Counted from the first letter of the stretch, positions 11,044-21,511 are shown. The stretch: 64,000 nt of DNA from Methanobacteriota archaeon (GCA_020696385.1 JAEHCQ010000002.1:192001-256000); one strand, 5' to 3'. Notes: generated by a model not told the origin, from the sequence alone. Numbers and translations are program-made.

Positions 11044-11111
11044 TCATCATACACCTCATAACCAATACTTCGACCCCAAACATTTATTATGAATTGATAT
11101 TTCCTTTGCTC

Positions 11112-12419
11112 ATGAAGCTATTCGGATCTTCAGGGATTAGAGGAACATTTGGTGAGAAGATAACCACACAGCTGGCTAACGAAGTAGGTCTTGCAGTGGG
11201 TACGGTCTATGACTCGGTCGTCATCGGATGGGACACAAGGACAACCAGCGAGCTTATCAGCAAGGCGCTTGCCGCCGGGCTCATGAGCGCGGGAGCCCGG
11301 GTGGGCATTGCGGGGATGACCTCCACACCCACACTGGCAAATGAGACAAAGAATTTCGCAGCTGGTCTCATGATCACAGCCTCTCATAATCCGGCACCTG
11401 ACAATGGAATAAAGTTCTGGAATCCAGATGGATCCTCTTTTGGAAGCCAGCAGATGGAAGAATTGGAGGACATACTGGCAAATAAGAAATTCGCCCATGT
11501 TTCCTGGGATAAAGTCGGCAGATCTTTCGAGATCGTCGATGCCGTGGAAAAACACATGCAATCCATCGAATCCAAGATGGGCAAGCTCAGTGGAAAGGTG
11601 GTCATAGATTGTGGAAATGGTGCCACGACCAATATCAGCCCATATCTGTTAAGAAGAATGGGATGCGAGGTCATAACTATCAATTCACATCCAGATGGTA
11701 CTTTCCCCGGGCGTGGTTCGGAACCAACTACTGAGAACACCAGGCTTTTGGCCGAGTGCGTGAAAAGCTCCGGAGCAATGTTAGGCATAGCTCACGATGG
11801 TGATGGAGATCGAACATTAGCTGTTGATGAGAAAGGCAGATTCCTGAATGGCGACCTTCTTTTACCAATTCTGGCCAAGCTGGAAGGTAAGACCAGCATC
11901 GTCGTGCCGCTAAATGTATCCATGGGAGTGGACACATACCTCAAGGGCGTGGATGTTATCAGATGCAAAGTGGGCGATGTGTACGTCGCAGAGAAGATGA
12001 AGGAAGTGGGAGCGAATTTCGGTGGTGAGGAATCCGGAACCTGGATCTTCCCAGAGAATTCCTTCTGTCCGGACGGGGTCTTCGCAGCTGCCAAGCTCGT
12101 CCAGATCGCCATGGAGCGACCGCTTTCGGAATATCTGGATGAGTTGCCCAAGTTCGATATTATGAGAAAAAGAATAGACTTCGGCACAAGGGATAAGGTC
12201 GAAGTTATGAAACAGATCCGCCCATTGATGGAGGCCTGGAACCCTGTGGACATATCCGATATGGATGGTCTGTATGCGAAGTTCGAGGATGGCTGGATAT
12301 TGATGAGGCCATCGGGTACCGAGCCTAAATTGAAGATCGTTATTGAAGGTGAAAATGAGGCAAGGGCCAATGAGTTCATGACAATGGCAATGGCCGCGGT
12401 CGAGAAGGTGCTCGGATGA
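11112..12419 (+). CDS. glmM: Phosphoglucosamine mutase
   Basis: MKLFGSSGIRG, TASHNP, DGDGDR, GEESG, RPSGTEP; ATGA-coupled to glmU. Confidence 0.88.
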   Translation: MKLFGSSGIRGTFGEKITTQLANEVGLAVGTVYDSVVIGWDTRTTSELISKALAAGLMSAGARVGIAGMTSTPTLANETKNFAAGLMITASHNPAPDNGIKFWNPDGSSFGSQQMEELEDILANKKFAHVSWDKVGRSFEIVDAVEKHMQSIESKMGKLSGKVVIDCGNGATTNISPYLLRRMGCEVITINSHPDGTFPGRGSEPTTENTRLLAECVKSSGAMLGIAHDGDGDRTLAVDEKGRFLNGDLLLPILAKLEGKTSIVVPLNVSMGVDTYLKGVDVIRCKVGDVYVAEKMKEVGANFGGEESGTWIFPENSFCPDGVFAAAKLVQIAMERPLSEYLDELPKFDIMRKRIDFGTRDKVEVMKQIRPLMEAWNPVDISDMDGLYAKFEDGWILMRPSGTEPKLKIVIEGENEARANEFMTMAMAAVEKVLG

Positions 12420-13651
12420 AGGCCTTTATTCTGGCAGCTGGCGAAGGAACGAGAATGCGTCCTCTGACCTCGAAAATATCCAAGTCATTACTGCCAATTG
12501 CCGGTAAGCCCTTCATCGAACATACTCTGGACGCTCTCAAAGCCAATGGGATCAGCGAAATATCCATACTCATTGGTTGGGGCGCGAAAGAATTGGAATC
12601 ACATTTCGGGAACGGCTCCAAGCTGGGCCTGAAGATCAGATATATTCATCAGAAAGACAGGCTGGGGACAGCCCATGCCATTGGTTATGCCAGGAAGCAT
12701 ATGAAGACTGATCCTTTCCTCGCAATAAACGGGGATGTGGTCATCACCAAGGGAACTATCAAAAGTGTACTGGCCAATTTTAAAAAGTATGGTGACATGA
12801 TAATAACCGGGGCAGAGGTTCCCAATCCCTGCGATTATGGAATAATAAAGCTGGGCAAGGGCAATTGCCTATCATGTCTTATAGAAAAACCGAAGAATCC
12901 ACCAACCAATCTGGCCAATGCTGGCCTTTACCTATTCACGCATGAGATTTTCGACGCCATTGACAAGACCGAGCTCTCCATGCGTGGTGAATACGAGGTA
13001 ACGGATTCGATCCAGATGCTGACCGATGATCAGAAGAAGTTCAGGTGCGTGACCATCAAGGACGACTGGGTGGACGTAGGTCGTCCATGGGATCTCCTGA
13101 AGGCGAATTCCATACTCATGAAAGACCTCGAGGAGAAGATCGAGGGCAAGGTCCAGCCATACGCCACTATCGAAGGGCCAGTGGTCGTCGGTAAAGGAAC
13201 TGTCATTCGAAATGGTTCCTATATCATCGGGCCAGTTATAATCGGCAAGAACTCGGATATTGGGCCAAATTGCTACATCAGACCTTCCACATACATAGGT
13301 GACAAGTGCAAGGTGGGCAATGCGACAGAAGTAAAAAATTCTGTCATAATGGATGGGAGCAAGGTTCCACATCATAATTACATGGGCGACAGTGTGATCG
13401 GCCGAAATTGCAATTTCGGATCAGGAACAAAGGTGGCCAATCTACGTCTGGATGGTAAGAATATCATTGTCAATATCAAGGGCCAGCATGTGAACACCGG
13501 CATTAGGAAGTTCGGAGTAATTGCGGGCGATAATGTCAAGACCGGGATCAATGCGACCATCGATCCAGGCACTATCATTGGCGAGAACTCGTTTATCGGA
13601 CCAGGGGCTATAATCAAAGGCATAATCGCGCCCGGTAGTAAGGTTCATTAA
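12416..13651 (+). CDS. glmU: Bifunctional sugar-1-phosphate nucleotidylyltransferase/acetyltransferase (archaeal GlmU)
   Basis: LAAGEGTRMRPLT plus C-terminal hexapeptide repeats, GRPWDLL. Confidence 0.88.
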   Translation: MKAFILAAGEGTRMRPLTSKISKSLLPIAGKPFIEHTLDALKANGISEISILIGWGAKELESHFGNGSKLGLKIRYIHQKDRLGTAHAIGYARKHMKTDPFLAINGDVVITKGTIKSVLANFKKYGDMIITGAEVPNPCDYGIIKLGKGNCLSCLIEKPKNPPTNLANAGLYLFTHEIFDAIDKTELSMRGEYEVTDSIQMLTDDQKKFRCVTIKDDWVDVGRPWDLLKANSILMKDLEEKIEGKVQPYATIEGPVVVGKGTVIRNGSYIIGPVIIGKNSDIGPNCYIRPSTYIGDKCKVGNATEVKNSVIMDGSKVPHHNYMGDSVIGRNCNFGSGTKVANLRLDGKNIIVNIKGQHVNTGIRKFGVIAGDNVKTGINATIDPGTIIGENSFIGPGAIIKGIIAPGSKVH

Positions 13652-13726
13652 ATGAGGGCTCCCAGCCCTAAAGGGGTATCCCTTCTGCTAAATCATTGAA
13701 AGTTAACAGGGATATGAGCCCTTATT
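13651..13726. other. Nested inverted-repeat structure between convergent glmU and pheT
   Basis: aatgagggctc/gagcccttatt outer arms; tatccct/agggata inner arms. Confidence 0.5.
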
Positions 13727-13851
13727 GTGATTAAACATTTTTCTGCTAAGCCATAGGCTCCAGAAAATTGTTTAATTTATATTTGCGCATTGGCCAATTG
13801 GAAAGCGCAAATACAATTCTTCCCAAGCTAATACACAGGCGCTCTTGGTGA

Positions 13852-15507
13852 TTATTCAATAAACTTATCAGCGAACAATTCGAAGCCCGCTATCGGACAA
13901 CCCAGGTCGAAGTTAGTTATGACCTGGGGGTGCAATTCCCCGAAGTGGCCGACCATCTCTCCCTTCACTATTATTTTGGCCGCCCTTCCATCGATATAGG
14001 CCGGCTCGTCATGGCCTTCTATTGTGAATTCCACATCCAAGTCTCTCATCAAGGACTGGACGAGAGATTTAATGCCTGTGTAACTGGCCTTTGGGTGGAT
14101 GGTCATCGCTCCCATGAACCGCAGGTTTCGATGATTGATAACGACATTCCCTGCCTCGAAGATGCTCTGAGGCAGGTCTCGATGTTTATTCACACTGAGA
14201 ACCTCCAGAAGACTGGGGTAAATTGACTGTCTGGCACATGTCAATTCCTCATTGATCGGATTGAGTATGACCGTGAGATCTTCGGGTATCTCACGCTGAA
14301 GCAAGATGAACTGCTTCCTCTGGCTTGAAATTGTAAGACCCATGGTCTCCTGATACCCATAGCCAGTCATCAGATTTCTCAAAATATTGGAATAGGCTTC
14401 GATCTCCCTTTCCTTTGCGAATGTGAGATTGGTTGGAAGCCTACCTTTGAAATTCTCAAAGCCGTGGGCGATGGCGATGTCCTCCACCAGATCGACTGGG
14501 TGGATGACGTCATTTCGGTAAGCTGGAACCTGAACTTTCACGGTTCCATTTGGATCTCCTTCGACAATACTGGCTCCGAATCTCATCATCCGAAGATATT
14601 CGACAATATCTTCGGATCCAAGTCCAATACCCAGAATTTTATTCACGTATTCCGGGGTTACCTCTCTTTCTCTGGGAGCCAGGTCTGGCAATGTGAGGGT
14701 GGAGTCCTTGTATTTCACTTCCACTGTCTTTATCTGCCCGCCTCGCTCTGCCAGCATGGTGGCCAGGATATTGAGCGCGGTCTTGAGAGTTTCAAGATCC
14801 GTGCCAGTCATGTCCAGGAAAATATTTTCTGTATTTTCCGTCACAGTGGTATAAGTTCCATTGATAATTGGGGGAAAAGATAGTACTTTTCCTTCAGAAT
14901 CCTGGATGATGGGATATTTCTCCTTGCCTTCGAGAACCCAGGCATATTCCATTCCCTTCTCGTGTTTCTCCAATATCTCATCCAGATCCAGTTCTTTGAA
15001 ATGACCCAGTGGTATGAACTTCATGGACTTTGGATCAACAGCTTTGTACGTGAATGGTGGTTTCAGATCCTTGAAATCATGAACTCCAATGGCCAGTTTT
15101 TTTCTCTTTCTGCCCATTGTGAGATGCAGTTTCTCCTGTATCTCCATGAGGGACTTGATCAGGCTGTCGTCCATCTGGACATTCTGAATGTAAGCCGCGA
15201 CTATGAACGGTCGTACTTCTTCGACAGAAGGGTCAACATTCAGCACCATGCCACTGCTGGACATTGGATAATCCACCATGCCCTTTTCCAGGCCGAAAAA
15301 ACCACGTAATGCACGAGCGACTCCTTCCACCGAGTAAAGGTCTGGCCTATTGGGGAAGAACTCGATGTTCATCGTGTCTCCTTCTATCGAGTCAATATCG
15401 GAGCCGATCATCGGTAATCTCTCGATGATCTCTTCCTGCGGAATGTCCTTGCCAATGAGGGCGATGAGGTCATGATAATCTATTGTTATAACTGCCATAT
15501 GGATCAC
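13852..15507 (-). CDS. pheT: Phenylalanyl-tRNA synthetase beta subunit
   Basis: PNRPDLYSVEG, QEKLH..GRKRKK, PPIING, YRNDVIHPVDLVEDIAIAHG, GELHP. Confidence 0.95.
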   Translation of the reverse strand: MIHMAVITIDYHDLIALIGKDIPQEEIIERLPMIGSDIDSIEGDTMNIEFFPNRPDLYSVEGVARALRGFFGLEKGMVDYPMSSSGMVLNVDPSVEEVRPFIVAAYIQNVQMDDSLIKSLMEIQEKLHLTMGRKRKKLAIGVHDFKDLKPPFTYKAVDPKSMKFIPLGHFKELDLDEILEKHEKGMEYAWVLEGKEKYPIIQDSEGKVLSFPPIINGTYTTVTENTENIFLDMTGTDLETLKTALNILATMLAERGGQIKTVEVKYKDSTLTLPDLAPREREVTPEYVNKILGIGLGSEDIVEYLRMMRFGASIVEGDPNGTVKVQVPAYRNDVIHPVDLVEDIAIAHGFENFKGRLPTNLTFAKEREIEAYSNILRNLMTGYGYQETMGLTISSQRKQFILLQREIPEDLTVILNPINEELTCARQSIYPSLLEVLSVNKHRDLPQSIFEAGNVVINHRNLRFMGAMTIHPKASYTGIKSLVQSLMRDLDVEFTIEGHDEPAYIDGRAAKIIVKGEMVGHFGELHPQVITNFDLGCPIAGFELFADKFIE

Positions 15508-15698
15508 ACACTGATAGGTTATGGAAATATGATATTCTATAATTATGTTTGTAATAGAAGAATTGTGGGATTTATGATCGACAAATTAGCATAATAAATT
15601 CCCTTATTTTGAGGTGTCTGGCTATATAAAGATAGTCCTCATCCTAAATCTTATATACTCCACCCAAATATCCAGGTCGAAATCTCAGGGTGAGGTGC

Positions 15699-15863
15699 AT
15701 GGAAGAATCATTATGCAATGTGGAGTTCCTTAAGGGACCAAAAGGCTATATCGCGAAAGTTCAGAGCGATCTTGGCGGTTTGAGAGAATACAGAGGCGAG
15801 TCATTCGAAGAAGTACTGGAACAGATAATTATCGATGTCCAGGAAGAATTCGAGGCCTCCTGA
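15699..15863 (+). CDS. Small acidic 54-aa protein (absent from ORF track)
   Basis: MEESLCNVEFLKGPKGYIAKVQSDLGGLREYRGESFEEVLEQIIIDVQEEFEAS; SD gaggtg, TATA cttatata near 15650, downstream hairpin. Confidence 0.75.
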   Translation: MEESLCNVEFLKGPKGYIAKVQSDLGGLREYRGESFEEVLEQIIIDVQEEFEAS

Positions 15864-15903
15864 TATCGATCATACCCTATCATTGATCTATACTTTCTAA
15901 AAT

Positions 15904-15933
15904 CGAGCGCGTTTAAAACGCGCTCGTTCTTTT
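15904..15933 (+). terminator. Hairpin plus T-tract
   Basis: cgagcgcgttt-a-aaacgcgctcg then ttctttt. Confidence 0.6.
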
Positions 15934-15981
15934 ATATTAAGTAATCTAATATGTTTTTATATTCAAATTCAGTATGATGTA

Positions 15982-17118
15982 TTACCTGATCAGATCCCCA
16001 CCTTTCATTATGATCTCCGAGCTTCGATCTGGGTAATTCAATTCTATGGTGGGTTTCAGTATCAGGCCATCCAGATGGATCAATGCCTTCGCATCATTGT
16101 CATAGTTCGCGCCTATCGCGATGTGGCAAGTTGAATACACTTTCTCATCCTCCAGCATATTGCCGATTATATCAGCATTGTGATTGAGCCCGATACCCAG
16201 TTCCCCAAGGTTCCTGGCATTCTTAATGTACTCATCAGCCTGTTCCTGATCTATCTCGCCCTTTGCCAGCATTTCCTTGGCATTGTCCTCGCCAGAGCGC
16301 AGAGAAGCTTCAAGAAGTCGCGCTTCCTCGCCCCCTTTGAGATCGATGACTAAATTGTCCTTGACCATGGCCATAATGGGCTCCTCTATGATTATCTCGC
16401 CATTCGTGGCAGATATGGAACCATCGAAAGCGATGACACCATTGGAGCTGCCCAGGGCCGGAGATATATACACCTCTCCGGCAGGAAGATTGCCTCCTTG
16501 GCCGGGCTTTCTGAAATCACCATCATCCGATTCGCCCAGTCTTCCTTCAAGTCCCAGAAGGATGTCCGTCCCAACAGCGGTGGTTATACGAGCACTGGTG
16601 GCTCTATCCAGCTTCTCTTTGAGATATGCGCATTCATCCCTCAGCTTTGCATAATCAATTGGAACCGTCCTTGAGAACATATCCAGTGTCGTGCTTGGGG
16701 ACCAGAAAGCTCTTAATTTCTTATCTTTAAGGTGCAGATCGAACACATGCTCGTATTCCTGGCCATCCAGGCCTTTGTACGGCTTGGAAATACCACCCCT
16801 GTCTTTACCCAGCTTTTCCGCGCTCAGGGAAATCGCAATATCCGGTATGGTTGCCAGAGCCCCGACCACTCCTTCTTCTGCATAATCCAGCTGTGTCTTG
16901 TACGGCTGGACCAATATCAGTGGCTTGCCACCTGCGGAAATTGCCGCGTCATAAATGGCCAGTGCGATCGTGTAAACTCCCTTTTCCGGATTGGTTATGA
17001 TATGCAGGGTCTCGCCAGGCTGTACAGCCAGCACTTCCTTCACTGCCACCTCCGCTGCTTTTTTAATATCATTCATACCTTCAACAAAATCAGAGAATTT
17101 AGAGTTTTCATCAGCCAT
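15982..17118 (-). CDS. M29 family aminopeptidase
   Basis: GNLPAGEVY, LGELGIGLN, LEDEKV, HIAIG, IHLD. Confidence 0.85.
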   Translation of the reverse strand: MADENSKFSDFVEGMNDIKKAAEVAVKEVLAVQPGETLHIITNPEKGVYTIALAIYDAAISAGGKPLILVQPYKTQLDYAEEGVVGALATIPDIAISLSAEKLGKDRGGISKPYKGLDGQEYEHVFDLHLKDKKLRAFWSPSTTLDMFSRTVPIDYAKLRDECAYLKEKLDRATSARITTAVGTDILLGLEGRLGESDDGDFRKPGQGGNLPAGEVYISPALGSSNGVIAFDGSISATNGEIIIEEPIMAMVKDNLVIDLKGGEEARLLEASLRSGEDNAKEMLAKGEIDQEQADEYIKNARNLGELGIGLNHNADIIGNMLEDEKVYSTCHIAIGANYDNDAKALIHLDGLILKPTIELNYPDRSSEIIMKGGDLIR

Positions 17119-17177
17119 ATTGATTCCTCCATTACCATTACGGAATCTTGAATGCGCGAATGGATTCGCTCATTCAA
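17119..17177 (-). promoter_or_regulatory. Structured pre-start-codon element, copy A (short)
   Basis: ttgaatgagcgaatccattcgcgcattcaa gattccgtaatggtaatggaggaatcaat then ATG. Confidence 0.75.
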
Positions 17178-17238
17178 ATCATCCTTATGATCTACATAAC
17201 CTAAATAAATCCCATTGATATAAATCTACTGGCCATCT

Positions 17239-17871
17239 TCATGAAAAGGGAAACATCACGAAAGCAATGAGATCCCAGAAGGCATGGCTGATGATATTCA
17301 CCCACAGGTTCTTGTAATAATGGTATAACAATGCCCAGAATAACCCTGCGGAAAAAGCGGCCAGAATTAGCATCGGGTTCCCCGATGCTAAATGGACACC
17401 AGCATAGGCCAGCACACCGAACAACACCCCAATTCTACCATATTGCCTTACAAAGGTCTTCTGCAGATATCCCCTCCAGAATATCTCCTCGCCTGGACCG
17501 ATGATGAACAGGAGGAGGAAGGCGATCATTCGGGGATCCATATTGTCCCCGAAGTCGTATATTCCTCCTACGCCCGCCTTGCCAAATGATATGAAATGAG
17601 CGGCCAGATCATTCCCTATCATGAAGATGAAGTAGAGGAAGACACCAGAAAGTAGTCCCAGGGTTATGATGTAAGGTAGCTGTTCCTTTGAAATAACCAG
17701 CTGCTTTCTGATATCATCATTTCTGAAGAAAAAGGCCAATGCCGTCAGCACCAGGGCCGTGATGGCCATCTGTCCCCAGAAATGAAAGAAAATACCGCCA
17801 AATATTAATGAGAATCCCACGGCTGCCACGAATAGAGAGAATAAAGCCTTGTTAAATTGGTCTTTGTTCAT
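17239..17871 (-). CDS. CPBP (CAAX/Abi) intramembrane metalloprotease
   Basis: EEIFWRG, YAGVH, SHAFWD motifs; multi-TM. Confidence 0.9.
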   Translation of the reverse strand: MNKDQFNKALFSLFVAAVGFSLIFGGIFFHFWGQMAITALVLTALAFFFRNDDIRKQLVISKEQLPYIITLGLLSGVFLYFIFMIGNDLAAHFISFGKAGVGGIYDFGDNMDPRMIAFLLLFIIGPGEEIFWRGYLQKTFVRQYGRIGVLFGVLAYAGVHLASGNPMLILAAFSAGLFWALLYHYYKNLWVNIISHAFWDLIAFVMFPFS

Positions 17872-17872
17872 A

Positions 17873-18820
17873 TCACAGCATCTCTGTTATGTATGGGGAC
17901 ACGAAAAGTCCAATGGTCAGCAATATGCCGAACTTCATCTGCATTTGGGCCGTGATACCATCCAGCATCATGAACTTCTGCATGTCATCCTCCTTCTTGA
18001 ACTTCGCAAGTTTCAAGGCCGTTGGGAAGGCCAGGAAAACAATGAGGGCCAACAAAGGTGATGGAGTCATTATGTCCAGGCCAGGTATGAGGCCGATGAC
18101 GACATAAAGACATACAAGAATGAAGGGGGCCAGCATGAGCATCTTGTAGTATTTGGACGAACCTTTGTGACCGAGTTTGGAGGCCACAGTCACACACCCC
18201 TTCTCAGTATCGGTCTCGATATCATGCCAGTTATTGGAATGCAGTATGCCGACCGTGTATAGTACAAGAGGAATGCTCCACAATATTGGTAAAATGCTGA
18301 AAGTCTGTGTCTGAACCCAGAAAGTGCCAAATACGGGAAGGATACCATACAGGAAGAAAAAGCTCAGATCCCCCAGTGCGGCGGATTTCAGAGAAAATCC
18401 AGGTGTGGTATACAGAAGAGTGAGTACGATGCCGATCAGGCTTATCGCGAGGATCATCCATCCGATGGTGAATACAAGATATAAGCCAATGGCAAATCCT
18501 ATGGCCAAAAACATAATCGCGGCCCTTTTCACCTGCTCAGGCGTGAGCCAACCACGAACTACAGCCCCACTAACTGGAAGTACCACGGTATCAACCCCGT
18601 TCTTGAAGTCATAGACATCATTGAGGAGATTGGCGGCAGTGTGTATGCTCACAACTCCGACCAGGGTTATGATGAAATGTAGCCAGTTGATGTCAAAACC
18701 AGCATAGTGTGATAGAGCCAGTCCCAATACCACTGCAGATACTGAAGCCGTGTAGGCAAATGGTCTTACTGCTGTTATCCATATCTTGAGCTTGCTTGGT
18801 GGAATATCATTTTCTGACAT
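17873..18820 (-). CDS. menA: MenA/UbiA family prenyltransferase
   Basis: NLLNDVYDFKNGVD and NNWHDIETD; likely start 18820 (MSEND). Confidence 0.75.
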   Translation of the reverse strand: MSENDIPPSKLKIWITAVRPFAYTASVSAVVLGLALSHYAGFDINWLHFIITLVGVVSIHTAANLLNDVYDFKNGVDTVVLPVSGAVVRGWLTPEQVKRAAIMFLAIGFAIGLYLVFTIGWMILAISLIGIVLTLLYTTPGFSLKSAALGDLSFFFLYGILPVFGTFWVQTQTFSILPILWSIPLVLYTVGILHSNNWHDIETDTEKGCVTVASKLGHKGSSKYYKMLMLAPFILVCLYVVIGLIPGLDIMTPSPLLALIVFLAFPTALKLAKFKKEDDMQKFMMLDGITAQMQMKFGILLTIGLFVSPYITEML

Positions 18821-18880
18821 ATTGAACTTCTCCATTTCATTTCGAAGCTTTGAATATACTTATTGCATTCGCACATTCAA
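18821..18880 (-). promoter_or_regulatory. Structured pre-start-codon element, copy B (short, degenerate)
   Basis: ttgaatgtgcgaatgcaataagtatattcaa agcttcgaaatgaaatggagaagttcaat then ATG. Confidence 0.7.
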
Positions 18881-18996
18881 TTCACCTCAGATACAACCCC
18901 AAAATATGCTCTATGATAAATAAGTGATGATTGTTAGGATAAGATTATTATTATCCGAGGTCATAACCCATGATATAGATTATGTAAGGTGAGAAG

Positions 18997-19311
18997 ATGG
19001 AAAAAGATCAGGGATATGAAAAAGTCATCACGGAATATTACGGGGAAGATCAGGTCGTGTCATTGATAATGCTCAAAATAGACACGCAGCAGGCGGAAAT
19101 GATTGCCAGACGGGTTTCTGGATACGACATAGTCGAGGACCTGTTCATGGTCACTGGCGAGGTGGATCTCATTCTCAAGGCAAGATTTGAGAATTACACT
19201 GCCATGAAATCCTTCGTGCTTGACAAGCTGGCACCTATTCAAGGCATCAAGGATACCAAGACCATGATGGTGGTCACACCCTTCAAAGAGGGCGGGAAGA
19301 TAATGGTCTGA
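18997..19311 (+). CDS. Stand-alone Lrp/AsnC ligand-binding domain protein
   Basis: VTGEVDLILKA...IQGIKDTKTMMV; no HTH. Confidence 0.85.
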   Translation: MEKDQGYEKVITEYYGEDQVVSLIMLKIDTQQAEMIARRVSGYDIVEDLFMVTGEVDLILKARFENYTAMKSFVLDKLAPIQGIKDTKTMMVVTPFKEGGKIMV

Positions 19312-19426
19312 TATTTCAGACATATCATCGATCAATTGCATAATATAGGGTCAATGATAGATATCAGAGCCTGAATCATGGGAAAGGCTTAATTGCATAA
19401 TGGTGTTATCCGGCTAAAAATACAAG

Positions 19427-19693
19427 GTGATTATTATGGATTCAGAGGAAAAACTTCAGCAGGTGATCTCAGTCCTTGACCAGCTGACAGAAGATACAAC
19501 GGTCCCCAGGAACATCAGAAGGGGAGCTTCAGAGTGCAAGACCCGTCTTTTAAAGAGGGATGAGGCACTTGATGTAAGGACAGCTGGAGCCATCTACGTC
19601 ATGGACGAGTTGGCCAATGATCCAAATATACCACTTCATGGCCGAACCCTCATATGGAATATAATCAGCCAGCTTGAGCAGGTCAAGCAATAG
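19427..19693 (+). CDS. UPF0147 family protein
   Basis: DTTVPRNIRR, DPNIPLHGRTLIWNIISQLE. Confidence 0.9.
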   Translation: MIIMDSEEKLQQVISVLDQLTEDTTVPRNIRRGASECKTRLLKRDEALDVRTAGAIYVMDELANDPNIPLHGRTLIWNIISQLEQVKQ

Positions 19694-19766
19694 ATCTCAT
19701 TTTCTTAGCAGAATTGTGTGTTATTAGCAGAGCGTTTTGATAGTGGACATGCTAAAAAATGATATA

Positions 19767-19839
19767 TGCAGGTGCCGGGATTTGAACCCGAGCGACAAGC
19801 TTGGGAAGCTTGAATCCTACCAGACTAGATCACACCTGC
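19767..19839 (-). tRNA. tRNA-Gly(CCC)
   Basis: Cloverleaf GCAGGTG...CAAGC TT CCC AA GCTTG...TTCAAAT...CACCTGCA. Confidence 0.95.
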
Positions 19840-19873
19840 ATGAGTGAATTCCATTATCGCAATGTGGGTAATA

Positions 19874-20668
19874 TTACTTTTCATCCCAGCCATCGGGCTT
19901 CTTCCCCATGACAACGGGAATGTCACCATCCATTCCTATTTGCTCATTATCATCTTGATATTCACTTGGACTGGCCCGCGTACCTGCCTGCTGTCCATCT
20001 AAATTAGGATCTGAGGATATGACTGGCTGAACTATCGGGTCCGCATCATTCTGAATCTGAATGACACTGGGAGCATTCATAGTATTCTGTATCACATGCT
20101 CGTATTCTTTCAATTCCCTCTTGTGCTGGAGGGAGAGTATACCACCGACATAACCAAATAGAACAGTCAGAATATAAGGAGCCAACCATGCATTGTCCAG
20201 GCCGATATAATCCGATAGGAAGCCCATGTACTCGAAGGAAAAGTCCGCAATGGGGCCGATCAGTGGTATGCTGGATACTGTATTGGACATGGATTCTGAA
20301 GTGTTGTTCCAGAAATCCTCCACGCTTGAAAGAGCCCCGAGACTGGCCAGACCGAATACCAAAAATATTATCACAACAGGGACAAGGGTGGCGAAAATAC
20401 CCTTTGTGGGTGTGCCAGCTTTCCTTCCACCCACATAGCCAGCGATCACCTGGCCGAAGGGGGGCATCCAGAAGAGCAAAATGGAAAGAATGACAGTGTA
20501 CTTGAGACCAGGCCAGAAACCATATATCTTCTTTTTCTTGATGGCTTTGGAATCCATGTGGAAGGGGTGGTCGTACATTTGATTGGGAACATGGTACACA
20601 CCCTGCTTCATCAACAGCTGGGTTGATCCATCTCCCTTGACCTTATCCTTAGTATTGAACAAATGCAT
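19874..20668 (-). CDS. Membrane protein, unknown function
   Basis: TM segments, PPFGQVIAGYVGGRKAG motif, acidic low-complexity tail. Confidence 0.7.
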   Translation of the reverse strand: MHLFNTKDKVKGDGSTQLLMKQGVYHVPNQMYDHPFHMDSKAIKKKKIYGFWPGLKYTVILSILLFWMPPFGQVIAGYVGGRKAGTPTKGIFATLVPVVIIFLVFGLASLGALSSVEDFWNNTSESMSNTVSSIPLIGPIADFSFEYMGFLSDYIGLDNAWLAPYILTVLFGYVGGILSLQHKRELKEYEHVIQNTMNAPSVIQIQNDADPIVQPVISSDPNLDGQQAGTRASPSEYQDDNEQIGMDGDIPVVMGKKPDGWDEK

Positions 20669-20768
20669 CCCTACATTGGAATATTGATATTTTGGTATTT
20701 AGCGTTATCTCTTAATGATTAAAACCTAAATTAACTAATATTCATATTCACTTATCAGATGAAGAGGG

Positions 20769-21419
20769 TTGTTAATGACTTTGCCCAGTATTGATAAAAT
20801 GGAAAATGATGGAGACATCGAAGGTCTGAATTTCTCTTTGAAAAATTCAGATGTCAATGTGCGCCGTGATGCCACACTGGCCCTTAGCCATCTTGCCGAG
20901 AAAGGAGTGCATGATAGATCGTCCATCGAACACTTGAACATTGCCTTGAAAGATCCCGACGAGGAAGTACGTGAGCAGGCGGGATTCGCCCTCACGGACC
21001 TTGCCAGAATGGATGTTTATGACAGGTCGTCCATCGAACCTCTGAATGCCACCCTGGAAGATCCTGATGAATTAGTGCGACGGAGTGCGGCCTCCGCCCT
21101 CGGGGCACTTGCGGATAAGGGCATCTGTGACAGATCGTCCATCGAACTACTGAATTTCTCTTTGAAAAATTCAGACGAAGGGAATATCTGCTGCCAGGCT
21201 GTGTTCGCTCTTGGCAGTCTTGCTGAAAAAGGTGTTTATGACAAATCATCCATAGATCTGCTGAATACTGCTGTTAATGAATCAGATGGGTGGGTGCCAG
21301 AGCTTGCTGCGGATGCTCTTGAAAAGATGAAGCCGCATATTGAGGAAGAAAGAAAGGGAGCATCAAAGGATAAGAAAAAGCCAGAGTCAGGACTTGAGAA
21401 AGAAGAAGAAAAAAAGTAG
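20769..21419 (+). CDS. HEAT/PBS-lyase repeat protein
   Basis: Repeats of LKDPDEEVREQAGFAL...DRSSIE.LN. Confidence 0.85.
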   Translation: MLMTLPSIDKMENDGDIEGLNFSLKNSDVNVRRDATLALSHLAEKGVHDRSSIEHLNIALKDPDEEVREQAGFALTDLARMDVYDRSSIEPLNATLEDPDELVRRSAASALGALADKGICDRSSIELLNFSLKNSDEGNICCQAVFALGSLAEKGVYDKSSIDLLNTAVNESDGWVPELAADALEKMKPHIEEERKGASKDKKKPESGLEKEEEKK

Positions 21420-21488
21420 TCCCGAGCGGATTTGAACCGCTGTCGCTTGCTCCAAAGGCAAGCATGATAACCGCTACACCACGGGACT
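21417..21488 (-). tRNA. tRNA-Gln(TTG)
   Basis: AGTCCCG...CTTGC CT TTG GA GCAAG...TTCAAAT...CGGGACTA. Confidence 0.95.
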
Positions 21489-21511
21489 ATTGTGTTCTTT
21501 ATCGTATTGTT

